From the NCBI GenBank assembly GCA_964252035.1, contig OZ176201.1: 64,000 nt of DNA; one strand, written 5' to 3'. Positions within the stretch are counted from its first letter, which is position 1; each line of letters opens with the position of its first letter. The translations under genes and the position numbers were made by a program. Source of the stretch: Podarcis erhardii (lineage: Eukaryota). Under the pieces are notes generated by a model. That model was not told the DNA's origin. It saw only the letters and a list, made by a program, of their open reading frames with translations, and did no database searches. Below, in pieces: positions 45,316-56,633 of this stretch.

Positions 45316-47949
45316 TGTGTAGGCTCCTCCATTTGAGTGACAGGTATTAGGGACCAATAGAGCTCTCCTCTATTTTTCACAAGTTTTTGACTTCCTTTTG
45401 TTCCTTCTTTCTGACTTTAGAACATGCTGATCACAGACTAGTCAAAGTCCAAAATTGTACACTAAGCCACATTACCTTCTCTAATGGGAACATAAGCGTT
45501 GATGTTCCATTGGCTTGCTTTCCAGCTATGAATTCACTTTTAAGTATGAACATATCTAAAGGAAATGACCTCCTTGTAGGTCTGTTAGGATCCTGTAATG
45601 CTAAAAATATGTTTAGCTCTATTCACCATTGGACTTTCCCAAAACGTTCCTTATACGCAATTGCAGTATATTGGCCTGTGTGCATGTTTCTTCTATGGCT
45701 TTAAAAAAAAAAAATTGGCATCATTGAACTTGCCCATAAAGGGCCTAGTGATTAAGTTGCAAAACACAAGTTAATCTCTCTAGATAACCTGAAATATTGT
45801 ATTTCTTCTGGAAGTTGTTTCTATGAGATGAGAGCAAAAGAATGTGTGTATAAAATAAGATAAATTCTTTTTACTTTAAGGTAGGCTATTTCAATCTGGG
45901 GTTTCAGCCTGCTTTGGGACTGGAAACAGCCTTTATCACTTTTGTGGATTATTTACATCAGAAGATAGAAGGTGGACTGTGTTCCTGTTGGTTCCTCTGG
46001 ACTTTTCAGTCACAATCAGTACCATTGACCAAGGGGGTAGGGCTTGGGTGCACTCTTAAGTAGGCTCTGCTTATTCCTTCTGAGACAGGGCTCAGAAAAT
46101 GATGCTGGGGCAGGTACTGTTCCTCCCTGTGGTGAGTTGCCTGCAGGGTTCTTTCCTTGTTCTGCTTAAGCATCTACATAAAAGCTCTGGGTGAACAGAC
46201 ACAGTTGAAGCTGAAGCTGGAAATCTCCAATTTTGAGATCTGGGCTATATAGTCATCAGTGTGCAGATACATAGACCTTCTCATTTTCATCTGATCCTAG
46301 GGAGACAGTAAGGAAATAAGGTGGTAAGAAATTGAGATGGATGTGCATTTTAAACTCGAAAACTGTGTATACTAGCAAAGCTCAGCATCAACAAGGTCTG
46401 TTGCTTCAAGCATTGACTTAACAATTTACTTTTCATCTTTTCCCTTGTTGGGGAGTAAAGCAAGTTTTGATGGAGAATTATATTTTAAAAATATAATTCT
46501 ACTATAGGATTGCCATGCTTTTATTACTTACCTGGCCTCTTGAAAATGGGTGTAAGAGATGAGCTGGTATTTAACTTGGCATGTCTCTACTGACTTTGGA
46601 AAATTACAGCTTGACCTCAAGGTTAGGGAGCAAAGAACTGCAAGCAGGGCTCGTGTGCATAGTTAAACAAAGCCTTGTTGCTAATCCCATGTCCCGAGTA
46701 AGTTCACAATAACTGTACTTTCTTTTAGGGCAGAAACATTTTTTTTAATTTTTTTTTAGGTAGGTGAGTTTAAATAGACTATCTGGGACTAATGTTATAC
46801 CCATTAAAACAACAATGAGAAATTTGAAATATAAAACAGTGAGCACATCTTAGCAGGCACGCCAACTCTTTGTTGGATAGTGTTGAGGGGGCCTGGTGCA
46901 TGTCACACGCATGTGATGTCATGCATGCTGCACTTTGCAGCACCAGTGGCTGGCTCCTCCAGAGTTTTCTGCCTCCTCCAGATTGACACAACGTTGAACA
47001 TTCTGTTTAGTTGGGTATTTGTTGTTTCGGTCAAGAGTGAACTATGAAAGTACTTGCTAAGTGATGGTTTTGGCTATTGTATGTGAGAAATACTTGGGAA
47101 GTGTGTTACAGATGACAACATGGTAATGCCTTCACTGCAAGTCATTGTGCCTCAGTTAAATATCTATGTACCGTAAATTCCATTGTTGGTCTCGCTACAG
47201 TAAATGGAATTTCAGTGTATGCAGTATTCTTGTTATCTGTAACACTAGGTAATGTGGAATACCAATATTTGAAGTAAGTAGAATTTCAAGACTTGCAGTT
47301 TTTATTGAACTGCATCTGACCAGAAACTACTGATAACTGTATAGCACAGAGCAAATGACATTATGTACTGCACTGCTGCATTTCAAGTAAATAGATGAGC
47401 TCTTTGGGCTTTAAATGCTAGGAGGATGGTTTTGAGATTATGGTCATAAAAAGTTGTTTGTAATATTTAAAAATGCTTCAGATTTAAAAAGAATTATTTA
47501 TACCTTTGTATAACATGCGGGGGGGGGGGGGGGATACAAGCATCAATATATCCTATCAGTAGAGTAAAAAAATAAAAGAAAAGGATAAGAAATGTAGGAG
47601 AGTAAAAATTTAGCTCAGTGAGAATGTTTCCCACTTGGACTATTTCACCACTTCGTTTATATCAATATGAGTGTTTGGAAATACATAACTAGTTATGTTT
47701 TACTCTAATTGCATAAAGAACTAAATATAATTGTTTTATGAAACTACTTTTACTGAGGCTTGAAGTCTGTGGTTTTAAATCAGCATTTGATGTATCAAGC
47801 TGATGAAATCTGGCAAACATGGCCTTGCATCAGATAGGGTTATATTTTTATTATTTTGTTTATTATTCTCATATTGTGATCCTACCTTCCAAACAGGACT
47901 GGTGGTAGCTCTTGACTGACTTAAATTTGCTTCAATATATTTTGGATAT

Positions 47950-48330
47950 TTAAACTGCATTTCCATCCTGAGTGTGCTTAAGGTAGTTTACAACAACCTA
48001 ACAAAACACACAGCAAAAAATCAATGCAAAGTATCAATATAATTACATACAGTGACAGCAAAACTATCCATGTTGAGACTTGAGAACTAAAATGTATTCT
48101 AAAATAAGTAAGTGTTCAGTTGACAGCTAACACCATATGATGTAGCCTTGGAGGCCTCCCAAAAAAAGTATTCCAGAGCTGCCATACTACACTGGAAAAT
48201 TCCCATTTTGGGTATACGTATCTAATTATCCATGGAAAGGTAGCCTATTGGAGATCCCTAAGAGTAGTGGGATTTTATATGAGAGAAAGTGTTGTCTAAA
48301 ACACACAACATATTTAAGGTCATCATTTAG
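47950..48330 (-). mobile_element. Degenerate L2-like LINE 3' fragment
   Basis: Diverged tail and 'ttccagagctg' motifs typical of antisense L2 remnants; boundaries approximate. Confidence 0.3.
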
Positions 48331-48987
48331 TGACAGTGAATTCTGAAATGCTTTTCACTAGGTCTTGATTTGCCTTAAGTACTGAAAAAAACCCTTTTTG
48401 GATATTTTTTAAATATGAGGTTGTTTTGAACTGCATTATTTGTAGAACTGATTTTGCCTTACTTATTGTGTATTTGATATGATTGTATTGATCAAAATGC
48501 TGTTCACTTGTTTTTAATGCTTCGTTATTGTGAGCCATTTTGAGCTCAACTTCGTTGCAAAAGTGGCATGCAAATATTAAATCAAACTAAATTGCGTTAA
48601 AGCAATCTTTATGCTACAAATGAAAAATATTTACTCAAATGATGCAGACATTATATATTCTGTATCTTGTTTCTTGGTAGGAGTACCTCTGAATTAGGTT
48701 CAGATAACCTTCACTTCCTAACTTGAAGTTACAGTACTTTTGTTTCAAAATTATTGTGCTCCAAGGGACCGATCCAGTGTATACCCACTTAACTTCAGTA
48801 AATGCTGCAGCCTCCAGTGCTTACAAACTGTTCTCCAAACCATTAATAGTTTGCTTTGCTCTAATCAATATAAGCTGATTCTGAGTATTTTATTAAATTG
48901 CTGCTTTAAAAAAATCTGTTTTGAAAAGGTTTCTGGGTAGTTCTTAGTAGCATTCTCTTTAAACTGGTATTTGTGTTTTACTTGCAG

Positions 48988-49069
48988 GATCGCACGAGAA
49001 CTTTTGACATGCATTCACTGGAGAACTCGCTAATTGACATAATGAGAGCTGAAAGTGATTCACTGAAAG
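48988..49069 (+). CDS. CPEB4: CPEB4 second coding exon (82 nt)
   Basis: Acceptor TTTTACTTGCAG|GAT and donor AAG|GTAAAC. Translates DRTRTFDMHSLENSLIDIMRAESDSLK(G), in frame after the first coding exon and homologous to mammalian DRPRTFDMHSLESSLIDIMRAENDTIKG. Confidence 0.96.
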
Positions 49070-51294
49070 GTAAACTTGGATTACTCTTTTCCTGCAATAA
49101 ATAATTAGGCTGACATACTTGCACAAAGTATGAAGTTCAAGTATTTATAGAATAGCTAAAGCAGTTACTTCCCCCTCCTATTTGTTAGTTTGTCCAGACT
49201 CTGGATCTCCTTTTTCTTTTGCTTCAAGTGGAAGCCGTCAGTAAAACATTTGTGTGTGCTTAATGGCCTCCTTGGCATAATACCTCTTAAAAACACAGGC
49301 CATGTTTTCCAACATTGCTTTCTGAAGTGGCTTCAGATTAGCAACACTTTTAAAATGTGATTTAAAATTGAAGCCTTATCTGAAGATATGTAAAATGCAC
49401 CTACCCTGTTTGCCTATTTTCCTCAGTATGATATTTTACAGTCTTGGGCAATCCTGTTATACCATAGATATAATGTACAAGAGTCCTTTGAATATTAGGG
49501 GTTTTGTTGGAGTACAAGGTAACCAACTGACCTAGCCCTAGAGCTGTGTATGTACTGTCTGTCTGGTAAGCTGGTGGAAAAAGTGAGCTAAGCATATAAG
49601 TTACAGAAGTGATGAATTTTGGTTTGGATGAAGATGCCACTCAGTGTTGTTTCATTGTGGTTCCTCTATATTGTGATACACCTACAGAACAAGATGGTGT
49701 AGAATTTGCCCCTGAATTGAAGTTTAAGGTCCATTTAACTTAGGAAAGGCCAAATGCACTGGTTCCACTCCATAATTAACTTCTTTTCAATGACTCTTGG
49801 AATTATGACTCTTGGAATTATGGGAAAGGTAGTTCCCATGTTCCATCTCTGCTCCTAGGCCTGATGATATGGGTAGCCTCTTTGACCATGGTAACTATAT
49901 TTCCCATTATATGGATTGGCTCAAGCGTTCGTAGGAACAACCAGGCCCAAGAGCAGGCTGAGGCCTCAACAATGGGGAACTATACTACTAGTAATTAGGG
50001 ATATAGAAGTGCCCTGACTCCCCATTGTTCAGACTTGCAGCTGATTCGAAATCTTTTAAACTCTGGCATATGTGATGACAAAAGTATCTGTTGTCATTGA
50101 GCATTTTGTGTTCCTGCAGACTCCAGTTAATCTGTGCATTATGCAGAATGGATGATACTCCTAGTCCAAATTCACTGCTGAAATCTTGTAAATTCTGACA
50201 ATGACACTTTGACATTGAAAACTTTGTCAGAAACATCTTAGTGGGTACACATACTGCCTACTCTGGATGTAGAGAATAAAGTAATAAATGTCTGCTGTCT
50301 GACAAAATGAACAATGCTTTTATCAGGTGAAAATGGTACGGCTTGAGGAATTGATGAAGTCACATAAATAACCATTCTTCTGTTCTGAAAATGGTTTGAA
50401 TCAAAACATACCTGAAATATATTAATGTACAACCTCCTAGAAGCAGTATGTTAAGCAATACATTTGTCTTGTTTATGGTCAGTGCTTAAGCAATAATCTT
50501 AACTTACATGTCTCGGGGTTTTATGTGTCAGACTCCCTTATTTATCTACTTTGTCCAAGGCTTTTGCTCTAGTTCATCACTGGCCTTGGCATGGCTAGAG
50601 CAGATTTACGGCCTTCCTGGAAAGTAAATTTCTTCTATTGTCTAGGTTCCTGGTAGTAATGGAATTAACTTACCCTTTAATAGTTCTTCTTGTCACAAAG
50701 AATCCCAAAATGCTTGACACAGTGGCTACCCAAAGTTGCTTCTACCTACTTCTGGGGTGAAAGCAGTAGCTACCACTGTCACCAAATCTAAATAGCTATT
50801 CAGGGTGGAGAATAAATTATCCAGGTGAAACATATGGGGGACCTGAGCAGCAGGTATGGTCTTTCCTCAAAGAGAAGAGAGCCAAATCCAGTTTCAGTTA
50901 GCTTCCTGCGCCATGGCCTTAAACTATGTGAAATGGAATCTTAATATATAACCATGTTGCCTCATGTGCAAGTACAAAAATGTCCTATCTTTGTAATTAA
51001 TTACCTTGCAGGCTTATACTGATATCAAGTATATAACTTACATTATGCTTGGTGGAACCAGCTTATAGAAAACGCAATTTAGCAAGTGGTGTGGTGTAAC
51101 TAGGCAACTCCCATGCCTTGAACAGTAGCAACGAACATACATTATTGTTTGATTTCAGTTACATAATACTGTTGTTGGGTTTCAGAGCCTTTCCAAGGAC
51201 TGTCTCTTCTGTACCTTGCTTCTTGGGAGGAGTACCTCTGAATTTGGTTCAGATAACTTTCACTTCCTCATTTGAGTATCCACAACTGGCTAAT

Positions 51295-51861
51295 GGCCTG
51301 GTTTGCAAATAACACTAAGCCAAACCACGGCTAAACATGAATGTGTGAGCCTGTGACTACTTGTAGCAAAAATTGCAGCTGCTTCATACCTCCCCTGGTC
51401 CTCCTGCTTCCAGGGGCAAACCAAAACATTTTGGTGATTGAGACTAAATGCCCTGCTGCTGCCCCCACACTTGGGGTGTGTATGCACGAGGCTCTGCAAG
51501 GGCTTTTTCTCTTTCCACTCCACTGGTGGTGGTGGTGGTGGGATGTAGGAAGGGATTTCCCCCCCTTGCTGAGACTCCCTGCCCCGCAGCGAACTTTCCC
51601 ATGGGCCTCCTTCTGCCCCCAGGGGCAGAGAGACCAGCAGCAAAGCAGAGTGGTGGAACTCCCCACTCTCGCCGAAACTAGGTGAGAGTGGGGCATTCCA
51701 GTGGTGGCAGAAGCAGTGGGGCAGGCTGGGTGCTGCCGCCTGCATTTCTGCCACCTGAGGCAGCTGCTTCACCCTGCCTCATTTGGGTGCCTGCTTTGCC
51801 TGCTGCCATACTGCCTGGAGCTTAACCATGGTTTGGCTTAGCATTACATCTGAACCTGGGC
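51295..51861. mobile_element. Older non-autonomous DNA transposon with ~38-bp imperfect TIRs; a third terminus-like copy at 52111-52145
   Basis: CTAAGCCAAACCACGGCTA (left) versus TAACCATGGTTTGGCTTAG (right, inverted). Superfamily not assignable; no TSD found. Confidence 0.45.
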
Positions 51862-53709
51862 TTGTGATTTGTCTTGCTCCAGATAAACCATAAGCTATAG
51901 CTAATGGTTTGTTTGGGTGCGGGGGCGGGGGGAATGGGACTTACAGCTCATGGTTTGTCTGGGGAATGCAAATCACCATGAGCCTTGATTTGGATGTGAT
52001 TCCATGCCAGACCATGGCTTTGCTCCAGGAAGCATGGCAGTAGGATGACCAGAGGAGTGAAGTTGCTGCCATCTTTGCTGTGAATACATATATGCTTACA
52101 CATTCGTCTTTAGCCATGGGTTGGCTTAGCATTACATGCAAACTGTGTCAGTGTCTTACTTAACTGAGTCTGTGGTCATCTTGTCATAGCAATCAGAACT
52201 GCTTGGTCTGGGAAATATTCTGTGTACTTTTAGGTGCTTCATCCTGATAAGAACTGCAGAAAAGGGACATGGTTTCCTTTCATAAATAAGTAATCTAGGT
52301 TAATTGGCCTCCAAATAGACATAATCTAAAATAGAATTGCTGTCAAGGTTCTTAACTTTCCATGTATGCATTTTAGCTATTTAATGTGAAATATTTATTA
52401 TAGTTCAGTTGTGCTATTTTGTCATTGCACGCTTTTAAGAGGTTATTTACTGTAACTCTTCATAGGTTGTTTTTTTTAATAAGCATCCCAAAAAGATGTA
52501 AGATGTGACTCTGTAAAGCTATTCATCAACTCATTACTGGGTAAATGGGGATATAAATATTTCTGTATACTACAAGTTATTTTCCAAGGTGGCATTTCCT
52601 TTCAAATGTGAGATAATTGGCAGAAGCCTTTGTTGCTTGTGAAGTTTTAAAAATAGGCTCACACTATAACTCTAGAAAACATTCTGAATCCCATGAAATT
52701 GGATTGGCACACTGGATAATGGTAGCACAGATAGCTCAATTAATATCTGACTGAGTGCTTGGCTGCATGTTACATTCATCACATAATAAGTAATCATGCA
52801 TAATGTCAGACTTTGACCACTGAAAATTTTGAAGGACCCCTTGAAACAAGCAAAGAAAGCTAGAGTTGATTATAGGCAGGCTGGAAACACGATAATCATT
52901 CTTTTCCTCAGTGGCTATTGCCTTAAGGTCAGGGATAGAGAATCCAAGGCCCTGATAGTGGACTGTGGGACTCTCCCAAGCCACAGCCCCTCTTTGGGTG
53001 ATTCTGGTTAGCAGGAATATGCCATTGAACTGTGATCATGCCTCTTCCTGGCTAACTGGAATGTAGAAGCCTCTGACTTTTGTGTGGCTGGAATGCAGCC
53101 CACCATACTCAGGTCACATCCATTGTTCTTCCCACCATTGCCACTGGATCCAAGCACCACTGACTTGCAGGAGCTGAAAGCCTGTAAACGTTGAGAGGGA
53201 AATGGTTACTAACGAACTAGCAACTAAAGAAGAACTTAAAAAAAAAAATCTTTAATGTATTTTTGTCACATATACTACCCAATTAATCATGTCCCTTAGG
53301 CAGTTCACAGATTTCAGATAAATAAAATATGAATACAGTCAACCAAATCAATTAATATAAAAGTTGCACCAGGAGAAAAATTAGCATAAAACCATATAAT
53401 AACATGGAATAAATGGTTGGTGGATGAATTAAGATGGCCAGTAGTTCCTGGGAATGGGCCACAGACTTGTAAGCTGCCTTCTCTCTCGTGAGAATTCTCT
53501 CTTTTCCTGCCCCCTATCATTATGGTTAATAACTACATCGGCACTGAACTTAACACTGTTTCATGTTAACCAAGGTTCGCATTGTGCCTATGGTTTGCAG
53601 AACTGCTTCCAAATTTTGATTGTGGTAGAAACACTGGTTAGGTTGATGCAATTTAATACCTAGCCATGATAATGGGTTATGAGAAAGGGTTGGAGAGATT
53701 ACTGTATGA

Positions 53710-53816
53710 CAGGGATGGGGAACTGCTAACCCTCCAGATCTCAGCCCCACCCATGGTTGGGATGATGGGAGTTGTAATCCAACAACCACTTGGAGGCTGC
53801 CGATTTCTCATCCCTG
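53710..53816. mobile_element. 107-bp hAT MITE, internally deleted relative of the 4307 family
   Basis: CAGGGATG...CATCCCTG termini. Perfect 8-bp TSD CTGTATGA at 53702-53709 and 53817-53824. Shares the GATGATGGGAGTTGTA core. Confidence 0.85.
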
Positions 53817-54234
53817 CTGTATGAAATGTAGATCTTGGAAAAGAGTGTGTGATTCTGTGACCTGTTCAAATCTCTTGGCTAAGATTAGAAATCAGGATTG
53901 TTACCCAAAGTTCTCGTGAGCTCTCATACATACACTCCTGTTCTCTCAAATGTGTTTGCCTAGCAAGAAGAGACAGTAGCCTATGTTCGCGCTTTTAAAA
54001 TGCATACCCAATTGAATAATTAAAAGCTGAAGAAAACAAAACATGTGTGTAGAAAGCTGTGGTGTCGGTTCACCTTGGGGTAAGTCACTATTAAGTGATA
54101 GCTGCAAAAGGGTATGTTTTTCTGGTTATCGTAGGTGAATTTTGAAGAGCAATGAGACTGCTTCCCTCTTAATTTTTTTGAGACATTGTAAGCACAATAA
54201 CCCCAGAAGACTGCAGACTTTTGTTGTCTGTATA

Positions 54235-54414
54235 GGGAAGGACCATAGCTTTGAGGTTGAGAATGTTTTGTGTGTAGAAGGTCCAGATTCAATTCATAGC
54301 AGGTAGGGAGTACTCCCTGTCTCTTAAACCCTGGAGAGGTGCTGCCAGTTGGTGTAGACAGCACTGAGTTAGATGGATCAATAGTATGTTTTGGTGTAGG
54401 GCAGCTTCCTGTAT
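54235..54414 (+). mobile_element. Squam3-like tRNA-derived SINE
   Basis: tRNA-like head, then 'aaaccctggagaggtgctgccagttggtgtagacagcactgagttagatgga...ggcagcttcct'. Confidence 0.7.
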
Positions 54415-55188
54415 ATAGAGGGGATTTTTGTTTGGGGGTAAATGTGTATCAATAGCCTCCTAAAGAAGCATATTTGCTTGGTTTTTCTTCCTGGAATTTT
54501 TTTTTTTTTTTTAAGTACTGCACTTTTGTATTTAAGCAGAGACGGTGAGTTATACTACCCAAACAATTGTCCTCTAAACTATTGTCAAATGTTAGGGAAC
54601 TTTGTTTTTGTTGACCACCTTCCTGAATCCTCCATTATTTGCCTGCCTTGAGCAGCTGTCATTTTCAGTATGATATTTATATCCACAAGAGTGTCTGCAG
54701 AAGTCTTTCTCTAGAGACTTAATTGCATTTCCTTTATGAGAGATTTGACTTTCATGGACTGAACTTGACACAGAGAGACATGCTTCTCCTCCTCCTCACT
54801 ACAGTTATTTGAGATGGCAATTTGATCATTGTCATGCTAATAATGAATCAGACGATATGCTTTCTTCCCTATAATAAAATATACTGCATAGTCTCAAATG
54901 GTCATCAGTTACCTGGAAGTAGGGCAGGAAGAAGCTGATTAACTGAAGGAGGATAGTGGTATAATAAAAACATAAGAAGAGCCCTGCTGGATCAGATCAA
55001 GCCTTCATTTAGTTTAGCATCCTGTTTTCCAGAGTGATCAACCAGATGCCTCCAGCAAGTCATCAAACAAAGCGTGGATGCAATAGGCCTCCCATGTGTC
55101 CATCCCTCTTAATGGGTATTCAGTGGAATATTGTTTACGAAAATGAATCTTCCACTTAGCCACCCTGGCTGATAGCTACTGAAAGATC

Positions 55189-55567
55189 TAGAATCATAGA
55201 ATCATAGAATCATAGAATCATAGAGTTGGAAGAGACCACAAGGGCCATCGAGTCCAACCCCCTGCCAAGCAGGAAACACCATCAGAGCACTCCTGACATA
55301 TGGTTGTCAAGCCTCTGCTTAAAGACCTCCAAAGAAGGAGACTCCACCACACTCCTTGGCAGCAAATTCCACTGTCGAACAGCTCTTACTGTCAGGAAGT
55401 TCTTCCTAATGTTTAAGTGAAATCTTCTTTCTTGTAGTTTGGAACCATTGCTCCGTGTCCGCTTCTCGAGCAGCAGAAAACAACCTTTCTCCCTCCTCTA
55501 TGTGACATCCTTTTATATATTTGAACATGGCTATCATATCACCCCTTAACCTCCTCTTCTCCAGGCT
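55189..55567 (-). mobile_element. Young 5'-truncated CR1 LINE 3' end
   Basis: (TAGAATCA)n octamer tail followed by GAGTTGGAAGAGACCAC...GTCCAACCCC. ORF2 C-terminal sequence on the minus strand. Confidence 0.9.
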
Positions 55568-55789
55568 GTCTATCCTGAATGATTTTACAAAATCCTCATT
55601 TAAAGTAATCTAAAGCTAGTGTTGGGAACCACATCTTGTGGTAGTGAATCCATCAATTATGCATTGTGTAAAGATGTGCTTTATTTATCTTGTCTGTCCT
55701 GAATCTACTGCCAGTTTCATTGGGTGACTCCCAATTTCTAGCATTATGAGAGTGGGAGGACACGTTTTCAATATACACCACCTTCATGC

Positions 55790-55928
55790 CATAGACTCAT
55801 TGAATTGTAGAGTAGGGAAGGAACCACAAGTGTCATCTAGTGCAACACCCTGTAATGCAGGAATCTTTTGCCAAACATGGGGCTTGATTCCATGACCCTG
55901 AGATTAAAGGTCTAATGTTTATAAACCT
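55790..55928 (-). mobile_element. tRNA-Lys-derived SINE with CR1-type tail (POM/Squam2-like)
   Basis: 'ggggcttgattccatgaccctgagattaaaggtct' is a degenerate reverse complement of tRNA-Lys(CTT), joined to a CR1 'gtagagtagggaagg...catctagtgcaac' tail. Confidence 0.6.
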
Positions 55929-56591
55929 GTTTCAAAAAAAACCCCCAAACCCTTTAGGTGTTACTAAACTGAAAAGTCCCAAGTGTGTTAGTCATTCCTT
56001 GTAGGGAAAGTGCCTTAACCCACTTGATTACTTTGGTTGCCCATTTTGCATTGAATCCATTTCTGTACTATGGGGTACTATGGATTTCAAATCCAGCCAC
56101 ACCAGAGATTTTATAGAATGACATTATGATACTGATAGTCGTCTTGTCAATGCTTTGCCTGGAATTTTCCTCTTTTTTAACACTACACACTGAGTTAATG
56201 TTTTTGTCGAGCTATCCATAATAATCTTTTTTATCTACCATAACCCTATTTTTTTTATTAAACTCTTTTAAATATTGTACTGTATTTTATATTGTTGTAC
56301 CTGCCCTGAGACCTTAGGGTGACGTATGAGTAATAAATCAAACTGTTACTAACATTAATAATGAATAATAATAACCCCACAATCTTTCCAAGTTACTAAC
56401 CGTCAGTTGATTAATATACCTGTGAATTTGGGATTAAGTATTCAGCTCTGCTAAGCTTTCACACTGTTGTGTGAGGTTAGTTAAAAGTAACCAAAGCAAA
56501 GTCATGAAGTGCTCTTAAAATGGTGTAATACTTAGGTTAATGATGTTGAGGAAGAATAAAAAATTATCTCCCTTTTAGATGAAGTCATTCC

Positions 56592-56598
<7 letters not shown>

Positions 56599-56629
<31 letters not shown>
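56599..56629. repeat. (TG)n microsatellite
   Basis: Directly visible. Confidence 0.95.

Positions 56630-56633
<4 letters not shown>

Larger units (their letters stand above)
54969..56220 (-). mobile_element. Old CR1 LINE 3' region interrupted by younger insertions
   Basis: Starts AACATAAGAAGAGCCCTGCTGGATCAG, the reverse of an old CR1 3' end as recalled. Diverged CR1-like sequence resumes after 55567 and after 55928. Confidence 0.5.

Noticed and set aside
43124-45380. Overlapping ORFs of 76-172 aa in the GC-rich cargo
   Set aside because: GC-driven open frames with no transposase or other recognisable motif; they are duplicated only because of the tandem duplication.
55870-55928. tRNA-Lys gene
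   Set aside because: Degenerate, incomplete cloverleaf fused to a CR1-type tail, so it is a SINE head rather than a functional tRNA.
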